DNA from: the human T2T-CHM13v2.0 reference genome, Homo sapiens
Length of the DNA: 64,000 bases
NCBI RefSeq assembly: GCF_009914755.1
Contig: NC_060941.1
Direction: 5' to 3' (one strand)
Shown here: positions 1 to 21,782 of the stretch, piece by piece
How positions within the stretch are numbered: the stretch's first letter is position 1
Layout: each line of letters begins with the position of its first letter
Translations under genes and position numbers: made by a program
The notes under the pieces: generated by a model
Databases searched by the model: none
Seen by the model: only the letters and a program-made list of their open reading frames with translations
What the model was told of the DNA's origin: nothing

Positions 1-5152
<5,152 letters not shown>

Positions 5153-5301
5153 AGGGTAACGTGCATTAAATTCTTTAAGAAGTGTCTGGGACCTACCATC
5201 TAGGAACCAGAACATCTAGGGTGCTTTGAGACCCTAACATCTAGCACAGGGCCTGGCACATTTTGTTGAACCAAACAGGCTGAGTGTCTTGGCATGACTA
5301 A

Positions 5302-5885
<584 letters not shown>

Positions 5886-6272
5886 TGGGAGGGAGTGGAT
5901 TCTGCTTTTCCTTCGGAGATGGTGGGTGTGGAGAAATCCCTAGTGCCAGGAGAGTGGGATGAGAGATCCTTCAACAGCCTTAAAGGTCAGCTGGTCATCT
6001 CAGCCAGTGGGGGTGAAATTGTAGGTTTGATCTAAGTTTGATAGTTTGATACAGCTCATTCTATTTTTTCCCTGGTTACACACATACTTTAATCCACGGT
6101 TCCTGTACTCCTGTCAGCTGGGTGGCCTGGGTCAAATTCAAAATCACTATTGGAGAAAATGAGGTTATTTGCACATCTCAATATGATAGTGTTCAAGAAT
6201 GTCTTCTCCAAGTGTTAGAAAACTAGACAAACGTCTGGGCGCCAGGGAATCTGACAGCCAAGGTCTTGATGA

Positions 6273-6647
<375 letters not shown>

Positions 6648-8021
6648 ATGCTCCTGGGAGTCAGGCGCAGCCTCACACCAGCTGCCTCCTCCACTCAGCA
6701 TTCCATGGACCAAATTGTGCCCTGGGTAGCCTCAGACTTTGGGTATTGATAAGCCGATGGATTTGAGTTTTTCTAAAGAATATTCATATTACCTCCTTCT
6801 TCTAACTTGCCCTATTTGCAAACGCACTTTTGTAGTAACAACTATTGGGTCCTGTCAGACCTCCACGGACAGCAAAGTGGTTTTAATGCAAGCCCAAGGA
6901 TCCTTCTTAAGGTCTTATCTCAAGAGCTCTGGGAGGTGGAAGCATGGGGTGGGATCGGTGGACCAGGGTGGTAAGTGTCTGCACATCTGCCTGTCCCTGT
7001 ATCAGCGGCTACCCACCTTCCAAACCACTCAGGACAGTACCCGTGGCACTGGGCCCGCAGAAGCAAGGGATGACTTGGTTCTTGGAAGTAATGTCGTCTT
7101 GTGACATTGGCCTGGGACAATCATTGTGGGTAGGTAGTTATTGATCGTTTACTAGATAACCCATTGGTTCTTTGCCTCATCCTCTCATCCATGGGTCAGA
7201 GTTGAATTCTTATGTCTATAGACTTCCAATCAGAAGTCTCACTGGTGGGGCTGGGGGTGGGGGCAGGCAGGAGGCATGGATGGGAACCTGAGTAGGTAGT
7301 GTGGCCAAGAGATCAGCACAACCTTTGCAGGCTGACTTGCTAAGTCTGACAGTGACAAACTTGTGAGCTTACTGCAGTCAGTCACAGAGGCTGTTCTTTT
7401 TCACACACCCCTTCATGCCCGGCTTTCCCCATATCCACATGCAGAGGGCGAGCTCATAAAACTACAGGGAAGCGTGAAATGATGGCTTTGGTAGCTGTTT
7501 ACTGGGTAACCCCACTGTGACACTGTCCTTTTCATGTGATGTGGAAACCTACTTCTGTCCTCCAAACCATGAAATGTGTCATCTAGACTGCAGAGTACTT
7601 GAGTGCTTTGCCTCCCGATATGCCAGAGCTTGTGGTCCAAAGCCCATTCCTGTGTGTCCGTCCTGCCATTTAGCCACAGAAGGCTGCGGAGTGAGGCGGC
7701 AGCTAGCCTGGCCAGTGGCTGTCCCGTGGACCGACACCTGCGCCCCCTTCTGCAAGCAGGATTTTCTGGTGCCAACACTCATTCATCATTCCCGATCAAC
7801 TAGGATGAATTTAAGACTGTGCTACCATGTGTTCTCAAGTGGTAGTTTAAAAAGTGGATTTTTAAAGTGCCTTTCAATTGTCTGTGAACGTCTAAAGGAC
7901 TGATTTGTCTCATTTTGACTGTTGAGTCTTTAATGGGTGCCATTTAAAAAACAAAATGCTATTTTTTAATTGTCTTTTTTTTTTAACTATCAGTGTATCT
8001 TTAAAAGTCACCCTTACGGTG

Positions 8022-8027
8022 ATTAAA
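8022..8027 (+). terminator. TLCD3A: Candidate TLCD3A polyadenylation signal (ATTAAA)
   Basis: Variant hexamer about 1.4 kb after the stop codon in an AT-rich stretch; position only, no transcript evidence. Confidence 0.4.
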
Positions 8028-8540
8028 TTGCACTAACATTCCCAACTTATTCTCATTTGTGAAATACATCAATATCAGTGTCCTGTAAGAATCATCCTGT
8101 GACCTAGCTCGACTGGCTGCCGTGTGCTGTGGCTCAAGGTCTGTGTCCATGTAACTAGCAGAGGGGTGTGTGTGTGAATGCTTTCAGCCTCCAGAAAGGT
8201 CTAGCTCACACCTCACTCAAACCTATTTTTGTGGTTCATGGTCTCAGTAATACATTGAAGGTTCCCAGAGTTCAAGCGTAGTGGTCACACGTAACTTGAG
8301 ACCGTTTCTTCTCTTCATAAGTGAATCTTACTAGGAATTGGGAGAGTGGAAGACCGATTATTGGTCAGGGAGCCAAGCCTACTTTACCTGAGGAGAACCT
8401 GAGTAATGCCCCATTGTGAAGGAGGGTGTGGATATGGAGGGAGTGATGGGACATATTTTTTCCCCCTTTCATCTCACACATTAAACATGTCCCCAGCCAA
8501 TTTTCATAGTTTCCTCATACCTCAGACACCTTAAACTCAT

Positions 8541-8968
8541 TTTTTTTTCTTTTTGTAGAGACAGGTTATCTCTGTTGCCCAGGCTGGTCTCAAACTCCTG
8601 GCCTCAAGTGATCCTCCTGCCTCAGCCTCCCAAAGCACTGGGATTATTACAGGTGTGAGCCACCATGCCTAGCCCACTCTCAATTTTTTTTTTTTTGTTT
8701 TAGACAGGGTCTCACTCTGTCACCAAGGCTGGAGTGCAGTGGTCTGATCTCAGCTTACTGCAGCCTCTACCTCCCAGGATCAAGTGAGCCTCCTGCTTTA
8801 GAACCCTGAGTAGCTGGGACTACAGCTGTGTGTCACCACACCTAGCTAATTTTTGTGGTTTTTTTTTTGTAGAGACAGGGCTTCCATATGTTGGCTGGTC
8901 TCAAGTGATCCTCCCGCCTCGGCCTCCCAAAGTGCTGAGATTACAGGTGTGAGCCACCGCACCTGGCC
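8541..8968 (-). mobile_element. Alu monomer plus old Alu between the convergent TLCD3A and GEMIN4 3' ends
   Basis: Alu consensus on the minus strand. Confidence 0.85.
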
Positions 8969-9649
8969 CAAACTCATTTTTTATGTTCCTGCACACATCA
9001 TTCCCTTATCCAAACCATTCATTAATCCAAATCTTGACAACCCCTCCTGAGGCAAAAGCTAACGTGACCCATCCATTCAGCACATCTCTGCTGGGTTTGC
9101 CAGGTCTCGTCTTCACAGTAGCCCCTTTGGGGGTGACTGAATAGATGGAGTTAAGACTGTATGGGAAGTGGGTGTGCTTATTGTCCCAGCTACTCAGGAG
9201 GCTGAGGTGGGAGGATCACTTGAGTCCAGGGGTTCAAGGCTAGTCTGAGCAACAAAGACTGTACACACTCCTCAATTCAGAGGGGACCCATTTTCTTGAG
9301 GTCACTAACCTAGCCCCTCGCCACTGAGTTTATCTTGGTCCTCCAATCCTCTCATTTTAGAATTGTGCAGGCCTCTCGGGCACAGCAGTCTCATGGCCAG
9401 AGGCAGAGCCAGGGCTGGACTGGATTCTTTTCCAAGCTGCTGTCCTTTCCAAGATACCTCAAGAAAAAAACATTAAAAGACGAAATAACTCTTGAAGGGG
9501 GTTATACGTACCATGTAATGCTTTTTCCACTCACATGGTTTCAACTTTGGGCTTATTTGCCAAAATCTAGGATGGAAAAGTCCAGTTATGAACATGTTCC
9601 TCCCGGCTGGATTTGATCTTGAAGACACTAAACCCAATTTCAGAGCATA

Positions 9650-9655
9650 TTTAAT
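9650..9655 (-). terminator. GEMIN4: Candidate GEMIN4 polyadenylation signal (ATTAAA)
   Basis: TTTAAT on the + strand about 290 nt after the GEMIN4 stop. Confidence 0.45.
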
Positions 9656-9941
9656 CCTGGGCTATTGCTGAGGCCGACTTAGAAGAGACAAAGTGAGATG
9701 CGAAAGAGGAGAATTTTTATGATAGTTTGTACGTTACAAATACCCAAGAAACTATTTTCTTTACACCATTATTGCCATGACTTTTTGTGGACAGTTTCAC
9801 ATAACTGTAAAGTCCAGGCTGCTTGGGTCTGACCCCTACAGACCTGCCATGTTGAAGCCCAGCTTTTTCGCTCCCGCACAGGTAAGAAGCTGCTGATCTT
9901 CTGCAGACCCGCCATGTTGGGGCCCAGCTCCCCACGCCAAG

Positions 9942-13169
<3,228 letters not shown>

Positions 13170-13719
13170 TTAGTAGGCTGTCATGGTTTGAGATGACAAG
13201 GGTTTTAAAGGACATCAGCGGACGGGGAGAAGGGATGACTACAAGAGCCACTGCACAGCTGGAGTCAGAAGGACTTGGCCGAGGAATCCAGAATGGCTTC
13301 CGAGCTCTCCAGCCTGGGAACTGGGAGGCCACCAGGTGACATCACATACAGGGAATGGAGGAGAATCAGAGCAGGTGTGAGGAAAGATGAGTTCAGCTTT
13401 GGCCATTAAGGTACAGATGTCCTCCAGCAACGGAAATGCCAGGTGGAAGTTCAGGAGGGAAGTAAGCTGGGAAATGTGATTCTGAGAGGTATCTGCCCAG
13501 AGGGGATCACCGGAACCAAGACGGTGAATGAGATCCTTCAGGAAAAGTGTGTGAAAAGAAAAAGCTGGGCTGCTGAGGCAAGACCCTCCAGCAAAGGCTG
13601 GGCCAGCAGAGGATGTGGGGAGAGGGGTTTAGAAATAGGAGGACAGTACAAACTACAGGGGCCACTGAGCATGTACCACAGGACATGACAGCTGAGCTTC
13701 TCATGACAGATGAAGGGAG

Positions 13720-15149
13720 CATAGCCACAGGGTAATGGGCACAGAGCAATCACACAGCCACAGGGTAACAGGCACAGCAGCAATCACACGGCCACAGGAT
13801 AATGGGCACAGAGCAATCACACAGCCACAGGGTAATGGGCACAGAGCAATCACACAGCCACAGGGTAATGGGCACAGCAGCAATCACACAGCCACAGGAT
13901 AATGGGCACAGCAGCAATCACACAGCCACAGGGTAATGGGCACAGAAGCAATCACACGGCTACAGGATAATGGGCACAGAGCAATCACACAGCCACAGGA
14001 TAATGGGCACAGAGCAATCACACGGCCACAGGATAATGGGCACAGAGCAATCACACGGCCACAGGGTAATGGGCACAGCAGCAATCACACGGCCACAGGA
14101 TAATGGGCACAGAGCAATCACACGGCCACAGGATAATGGGCACAGAGCAATCACACAGCCACAGGGTAATGGGCACAGAGCAATCACACAGCCACAGGGT
14201 AATGGGCACAGCAGCAATCACACAGCCACAGGATAATGGGCACAGCAGCAATCACACAGCCACAGGGTAATGGGCACAGAAGCAATCACACGGCTACAGG
14301 ATAATGGGCACAGAGCAATCACACAGCCACAGGATAATGGGCACAGAGCAATCACACGGCCACAGGATAATGGGCACAGAGCAATCACACGGCCACAGGG
14401 TAATGGGCACAGCAGCAATCACACGGCCACAGGATAATGGGCACAGAGCAATCACACGGCCACAGGATAATGGGCACAGAGCAATCACACGGCCACAGGA
14501 TAATGGGCACAGAGCAATCACACGGCCACAGGGTAATGGGCACAGAGCAATCACACGGCCACAGGGTAATGGGCACAGAGCAATCACACGGCCACAGGAT
14601 AATGGGCACAGAGCAATCACACGGCCACAGGGTAATGGGCACAGCAGCAATCACACAGCCACAGGGTAATGGGCACAGCAGCAGTCACACGGCCACAGGG
14701 TAATGGGCACAGAGCAATCACACGGCCACAGGGTAATGGGCACAGCAGCAATCACACAGCCACAGGATAATGGGCACAGCAGCAATCACACGGCCACAGG
14801 GTAATGGGCACAGAAGCAATCACACGGCTACAGGATAATGGGCACAGAGCAATCACACAGCCACAGGATAATGGGCACAGAGCAATCACACAGCCACAGG
14901 ATAATGGGCACAGCAGCAATCACACAGCCACAAGGTAATGGGCACAGCAGCAATCACACGGCTACAGGGTAATGGGCACAGAGCGATCACACGGCCACAG
15001 GATAATGGGCACAGAGCAATCACACAGCCACAGGGTAATGGGCACAGCAGCAATCACGCAGCCACAGGGTAATGGGCACAGCAGCAGTCACACAGCCACA
15101 GGGTAATGGGCACACAGCAATCACATAGCCACAGAGCAATGGGCACAGA
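13720..15149. repeat. 33/34 bp VNTR, about 43 copies, in the GEMIN4 intron
   Basis: Unit CACAGAGCAATCACAC(A/G)GCCACAGG(G/A)TAATGGG with 34-bp CAGCAGC variants. Confidence 0.97.
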
Positions 15150-17509
15150 AGGAATCAGACAAGCCCTGCCTTCACTCTTTATAAACTTGCCTTGGGAACA
15201 GGCTTCAAACATTCTTCTAGCTTTCAGGGAAACGGTCCACCCCACAGCTCCTTCCAGTCAAAAACAAGGTACTCATGGCCCTAGCTCTGTGGGAGAAACC
15301 AGGGAGTAGATACAGAAAATACTGTGCTAGATTAAGCCTTCCTTCAGGGAACTAACGATTGACACAGACTTACCATGGAAAACATCTTGGGATGTTTAAT
15401 CAGACATGGGTTTAAATCCTAGTTCAGCCATTTAAAAATGATGTGATTCTGGCCAGGTTCAGTGGCTAGCACTTGTAATCCCAGCTACTTGGGGGGCTGA
15501 GGCAGGTGGATCCCTGAGGCCAGGAGTTCAAGACTAGCTGGGGTAACACAGTGAGACTCCCCCTCCATCTCCGAAAAAAAAAAAGGGATGTGATCTTGGT
15601 CAGATTGCTTCTCCAAGCCTTCCTTCTGCATATGTGGGGATAATACAGACTTCATGTTATGCCTTTGGGGATCATGTGATATATACCAGTCAAGCCCTTG
15701 CTAGTGGGTTGGCACTGCTATCTCCTGACCCCATCTCCCCGGGACGCTATGATGGATAAATGAGATAGAGCTACAGTAAGAATCCAGTTACAGAGTCTAA
15801 TTAGGTGCTCAGTAAATGTTGGTTTCCCCAAACCTTTTCATGGTTGGCAAGACCAGAATCTTGTCACTATTCTTTGCCTCCCCCAGCTCAGAAACATCAA
15901 AGGATGTAGGTCTTTATCAGGTATGTTTCCTTTGGCCCAGAAACTAAAACGAGGGTGCAAACACTGCTCCCTATTCCTCATTCCTGAGTCATCTCCCCTT
16001 TCCCAGGAGTGAGAGATGCTACTCCTTCCTCAGTCTGTCATGCCCCCAAGAGCTCATATTCCCCATTTTCACAGGCCAGACACCAGCAGAGAAAACACTG
16101 ACTCCAGGAGACTAAGGACCATCCTACCCCTCCCACCATTTATGGGAGCGGCAGCAGGCCAAGGGCTCAGCACTAGGTAACCCACTTGTGGAGGCAATCC
16201 ATCTCATCTCACAGTGGCTGAGACCGACTCCCAGGGAGGGTTACGCTGCAAAGGGGACCTCCCTGGGGGTTACCGCCCTTCTTTCTGGCTCAGGAGGCTC
16301 TCCCAGGGTCCCAAAATATAGTCCCTCCTGACGCTGTAAATTTAATTTTATTGCATTATTGGCTTAGTTGAGCAGATGTTTGGCCCTAAACACCTGCCTT
16401 CCAGGCGCATTAAGTACGCACAGTTTGAAGTAGTAAGTCCCAGGGCGGTTACTAGCTGGAAAATACTCCGGTACTCTATCATGGATGGTTAACTAGTGCT
16501 TGCCACAGCCCGCTTCTTAGGTTTATTAAGCACCTACTCCATGCCAGACACTGTGCTAGGTGGTACACAGGTAAGATCTCTTCTATTCACAATCACCTTT
16601 TGAGGACTAGTATTCCTGCTCTAGAGATAAGGACACTGAGGCGCAGAAACGATTTGCTGAGGGTGTCCCAGCCTGAATGTGGTGGGGCTGGGAAGCAATT
16701 ACGGCTGAGGGGCTCCAAGCCCTTAGAGCTCTGCCATTCCGCTCCTGAAAAGCTGTCTGGGGGCGGGGACCAGACCATTTCCCCCCAGCCTACTACTGCT
16801 GACACATCTCGGGGTGCCTCACCCCCAGCTCTCCCAGAACAGCCTCCTGGTCTTAGCAGCGTGTGCCAAGATTTAGCAGGGAGCATCTAGTTCCTATGGG
16901 CTCCCTCCCAGACCTTGCCTGTAAGATTCTGAATCCGGACGCACGCAGGTTCACAAAGTGATACCTCAGGAGCGCAGCCGCCCCCACCGCGGGTGTGACC
17001 CGCGCAACCCCACAAGGGACACTGTACCTCGGCGATCTCAATGCAAAGTCGCCCAAAACTCAGTGGGGAGACACACTTCCATTCTCCCCGCTCTGTCGAT
17101 GAGGAAACGTCATGAGCGTAAGACACTTGGAGCGTTAAGACACTTGCTCAAGAACGCAGCTGCCGTTCAGGAAATGAGGCCGTCGGGGCGCCCAGGGGTG
17201 CTCGGAGGGAGCCCGTTTCCCAAAGCACGTGCGCGAGCCCCGGGCGCTTCCAAGGGCTCTAACTTCACGTCTGCTCCGTGTTTTCAAGCGCAGGGGGCCG
17301 GAGGCGGCAAGACGCGGCCCAACGCGCGGCGGGACCCGGACCACCCCCCGCCAAGGCCACCCCGGGACCCCTAGACCCGCCCCGACGCGGGGGACGTTTC
17401 GGTCCGGGCCCGCGCGAGCGTGCGCGACAGGAGGAGACGCGACGGGGCAGCACCGCTCTGGTGGCGCATTGCTGGACGCAGCCCGGGGCCGGGGAGCCGC
17501 GGCACCCAC

Positions 17510-17519
17510 CTAGGTCCAT
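17510..17519 (-). CDS. GEMIN4: GEMIN4 exon 1 coding part (ATG GAC CTA G)
   Basis: gccgccATGG Kozak context then G|GTGGGT donor at 17509; phase matches exon 2 (G+GA = Gly4). Confidence 0.95.
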
Positions 17520-18260
17520 GGCGGCGACGCCGGCGGCTGCGCGGGGCTAACGCCCCCTCCCCTCCGAGAACTCGAACGCGGCGCGGGACGCACGGCACGA
17601 TGGGAGACGCAGGAGCCACGGCGGCCGCGCTTAGGCCTGCTCACAACCTCCGCCCGGCCCCGCCCACAGCCTCCGCCGCGCACGCGCAGTCCTCACGAAC
17701 GAGCGCGCCAAGCGCACAGCGCCGCCTTCCGGCAGAGCCCTCCCACCAGCCCTCAGGTACCCGGACGTCGCTCACTAGACCCCTCCGCACCGTCCCCTGC
17801 CCGGCCCCTCTTCCGGGGTCCCAGCGGGTCGGGCTCATGATTCCCCGGCCCCGCATTCACCCTCACCCGGTAACCCCGGGCGTGCCCCGCACACAGTTCA
17901 CCCCCACCGAGCGCCTCCCCCGGGACGCCCACCACCCAGCGCGGCCGCACCACGCGAGGCTTCCACTCCCACCCGCCCAGCTCGCGCCACATACAGTCCC
18001 TCAACGCGCTCCTGCCGCGCCGCCCCCTCCAGACAGCAGCGTTCCGGATCCTAGACACTTTTTGACGGCTGGTCCTCCCCAGAAAATGCGCCGTGTGAGC
18101 CCAAACATGGTGGGGTTTACGCTGGACCCCGAGCTTGCAATCTGTGCTTGACAAAACACAAACATCGCGTGCCTGTCTCCTCCCCCTGAGATCGAGTAGT
18201 AACAGCCACTCCAACTCTCCACCTCCAGCTTCTAGCACCAGGGACCGCCTCCACCACCCC

Positions 18261-18879
18261 ATGTGCCAAGTGGAGTTCGAGCTGCGCGGCCCTCAAGCAG
18301 CTGAAGGGTCCCGTGAGCGATCAGGAGAAGCTGCTGGTCTACGGCTTGTACAAACAGGCCACCCAGGGCGACTGCGACATCCCCGGCCCTCCGGCCTCAG
18401 ACGTGAGAGCCAGGGCCAAGTGGGAGGCTTGGAGCGCGAACAAAGGGGCGTCCAAGATGGACGCCATGAGGGGCTACGCGGCCAAAGTGGAGGAGCTGAC
18501 GAAGAAGGAAGTGGGGGGCGTGGAGCGCGAACAAAGGGGCGTCCAAGATGGACGCCATGAGGGGCTACGCGGCCAAAGTGGAGGAGCTGACGAAGAAGGA
18601 AGTGGGGGGCGTGGAGCGCGAACAAAGGGGCGTCCAAGATGGACGCCATGAGGGGCTACGCGGCCAAAGTGGAGGAGCTGACGAAGAAGGAAGTGGGGGG
18701 CGTGGAGCGCGAACAAAGGGGCGTCCAAGATGGACGCCATGAGGGGCTACGCGGCCAGAGTGAGGAGATGAGGAAGAAGGAGGCTGGCTGAGGGCTCCTC
18801 GGGAATGGAAAGGGCTTCTTAGACCTTGATGGCTGAAATGTCCTGAAACTGTCGCAAGCTTAGCCGAGACATCAATAAA
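18261..18879 (+). pseudogene. DBIL5P: DBIL5P (endozepine-like peptide, acyl-CoA-binding protein family) pseudogene
   Basis: MCQVEFE, then a frameshift, then [31 protein letters not shown]...AKWEAW..NKG.SKMDAM..Y.AKVEEL (ACBP signature YxxYKQAT.G); AATAAA at 18874-18879. Confidence 0.93.
18430..18791 (+). repeat. 91 bp tandem repeat x4 made from the 3' half of the DBIL5P coding region
   Basis: Unit TGGAGCGCGAACAAAGGGGCGTCCAAGATGG...GAAGTGGGGGGCG at 18430, 18521, 18612 and 18703; last copy diverges at its end. Confidence 0.97.
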
Positions 18880-20519
18880 TCACTTAAACTGCATGAGAGT
18901 GACTGCTGTTGGAAAGGAGAAACTCGGTGACTGAGTGCTGGGGAGGCGTCCAAATACACAGACTAACTTTTTGTATGGTTTTGGGTGGAGTTCCCAGCTC
19001 TCCTATTACAAGAGCGTATGTAGGTATTTGGAAGGACGAGGGGGACAGTGTGCTGTGGAAATGCCCAAGATCTGAGGGCAGGAGACCATTCTCCAGTGAC
19101 AGCCTCTTGGGAGGTTGAGGCCCCAGCCCCTTATCTCTTCAAGGCTGATTTACTAATACCCCAGCACCACAGAGGGGAGAGGGACTCTGTCCTCCTAAAC
19201 ACTAAAGTCAAGTCCAAAAGCCCCCACTGGAACACAGGGCCTACCCGGTTCATGTTTTGAGGGAGACCAAGCTTTCCGTGATGATAATGTGATGAAACAA
19301 TTGATGCGCCAGAACACAGCAGTTTAGAAACAATGGAGCAGATGGTGTCAAAATCCCAGCCCCAGAAAGGCTCACCTAAGGCCGGGCAACCAAAATGTTC
19401 CCGGGACTATTCTGTACTTAACCCTGGTTTCTGCTTAGGGGACGGTGGGACAATATGCATATGGATGTCTATGTGGGATTTGTTGCAAGAGCACAACACA
19501 CCCCTTGACCTATGCAAGTGCCAGAGTGTCTGAGCCCAGCTTCTACTCCTGTTAATGATCACAGGAGCCTCATACACAACCATTGTGCATGGCGGCTGGA
19601 GTATGGAGTAGTAAATGGTATCCAGAAAGGCAGGTCTACGGTGGCATATGGGATTTCCTGGTACTTCTTCTTTAATAGAAACTATCTTCACAGATCATGA
19701 CATCAGGTCAGCTGCAGTTCTCACTGGGACCAATAAACAATAGAAGCAACAACCATAAAGACTTAAGAGGACAAAAGAAACCAAACCTCACTGTGTGTCT
19801 TCAAGATCTGTTCACATAGTTGCAGGAAGTTGCTGTAGACAAAGTACATTACTAAAGAATGAAGCCCACCCAGGACATCACAGCAACGAAAGAACTATTT
19901 CTGGTAACTGTGGACCAGGTGAGAGCCACACTGTAGAACAGCAGTGCTGCCCTCTCTTCTTTGGCGAATGTTATGAAGACATTCTGATGCACTTAGGATC
20001 ATGATTCATGTTAAATGTAAATTAATTGTAAAAATAATACATCTTGCTCCAAAATGTGGTGACAATTTAGAAGCTGTCCACATAGCCAGACCACTCTGTA
20101 AATCACAGAACCTAGAAAGTAAAAATGTGCCATAATTAGGACAGCAGAAAGTAACAGTAAAATAAAGTTTTAAAAAAAAAAACAGAAAATAAGGATTTAT
20201 CTATTTGTATTTGCTTAAGAAGAGGTTACCTATAGGATGCAGGGGGAATGGGATTGATGGGCATGGGGTATACTGTGAAAGGAAAATAAAATCTTGGGAC
20301 CAAATTCACTAAGCGAAAAGGAAAAGTTAAGCTTGGAAATTGAGTCATGGAATATGCAAAAAACTTCCTTTTGTTCCTAAACAGATAAGCTACAAGACAG
20401 AAGGCCACATATCTCCCCAGGTGGTCTCCCTCACCTGACAATATAAATTAACAGCTTATCTTCATAGGTAAGGGACAAAGACAACACCAGAAACCATCCC
20501 TCACCAGCCGAGACAAAAC

Positions 20520-21180
20520 ATAGATGTACTGAGCTGAATGCATAACTGTTCCTCTGCCTGCTGCTTTCACTGTAACATATAGATTTGGTGAGCAGTAAAT
20601 GTAGATTTACTGAGCTGAATGCGTAACTGTTCCTCTGCCCGCTCCTTTCACTGTAACATGTAGATTTGGTGAGCGCTAAATGTAGATTTACTGAGCTGAA
20701 TGCATAACTGACTGTTCGTCTGCCCGCTCCTTTCACTGTAACATGTAGATTTGGTGAGCACTAAATGTAGATTTACTGAGCTGAATGCATAACTGAGTGT
20801 TCCTCTGCCCGCTCCTTTCACTGTAACATGTAGAGTTGGTGAGCGCTAAATGTAGATTTACTGAGCTGAATGCAAAACTGACTGTTCCTCTGCCTGCTCC
20901 TTTCACTGTAACATGTAGATTTGGTGAGTGCTAAATGTAGACTTACTGAGCTGAATGCGTAACTGTTCCTCTGCCCGCTCCTTTCACTGTAACATGTAGA
21001 TTTGGTGAGCACTAAATGTAGATTTACTGAGCTGAATGCAAAACTGAGTGTTCCTCTGCCTGCTCCTTTCACTGTAACATGTAGATTTGGTGAGTGCTAA
21101 ATGTAGATTTACTGAGCTGAATGCAAAACTGACTGTTCCTCTACCCCCTCCTTTCACTGTGACATGTAGATTTGGTGAGC
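20520..21180. repeat. 81-85 bp minisatellite, 8 copies, inside the MER4-type LTR
   Basis: Unit TGTAGATTTACTGAGCTGAATGC(A/G)TAACTG(ACTG)TTCCTCTGCCCGCTCCTTTCACTGTAACATGTAGATTTGGTGAGCACTAAA. Confidence 0.95.
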
Positions 21181-21286
21181 GCTGATCAAAGCCTAATAAG
21201 AATGTAACCACTTATCTCCCTACCTACCCTCCTGTATTTTTCCTTTCCCTCTTCCCTCCCTTCCTGCTCTTTCCCTTTTAAATACT

Positions 21287-21782
21287 TGTTAGGAATAATG
21301 CTCAAAATCCTAAGGAAATAGAACACTCGAACAAAGGATTCTTAGCAAAGCAATTTTACTTCTGTGCAGAGGGGTGCCTCCTTGGCCAGTTGTCATGAGA
21401 GCACACCTGAACAAAGGGGCACGAGAGCCTTTGTTCCTGACACAAGTCCTGCCCCTCTACCCTTTCCCCATTGGCCGGGGTCAGGTCGTACAATCTAAAC
21501 TAATCGTGCTTGGCTAAACATTTGATTTTTTTAGATAGGGTGGGCCCGTAAAAGAAAGCGGAGAGGAAGGGGAAGGGGTGTCTGTAATGAGCTAGAAAGT
21601 TAGTCCTCTTTCCAAATAAGGAAAGGAATGTGAGCTGGTACTGATAACGCCTGGTGCTGTGGCGTGCCTGGGCATCTCACAAAGGCAAAAAGGGAAAAGG
21701 AGGAAAAGGGGGCGGGGCGCTATGAATTAAAGAATAAAAGATTGATCAGATTATTTGAAGAGAAACGTCGTCATATCCCACA
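21287..21782 (-). mobile_element. Nested solo LTR, LTR10B-like (HERV-I group), antisense to the host LTR
   Basis: TG...CA termini; 4-bp TSD TACT at 21283-21286 and 21783-21786; minus-strand start TGTGGGATATGACGACGTTTCTCTTCAAATAATCTGATC; subfamily from recall. Confidence 0.75.

Larger units (their letters stand above)
16950..18800. promoter_or_regulatory. CpG island / divergent promoter region of GEMIN4 and DBIL5P
   Basis: Very GC- and CpG-rich; GC boxes (CCCGCCC), ETS-like CTTCCGG near 17726; GEMIN4 ATG (-) at 17519 and DBIL5P ATG (+) at 18261. Confidence 0.85.

Noticed and set aside
13720-15149. CRISPR-like array or Cys-rich protein ORFs in the 33-bp repeat
   Set aside because: Units are contiguous with no unique spacers, there are no cas genes and the context is primate; the ORFs are repeat translations with frequent frameshifts
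16958-18262. Multiple 120-240 aa Pro/Arg/Gly-rich ORFs
   Set aside because: Typical stop-poor CpG-island ORFs with no recognisable homology
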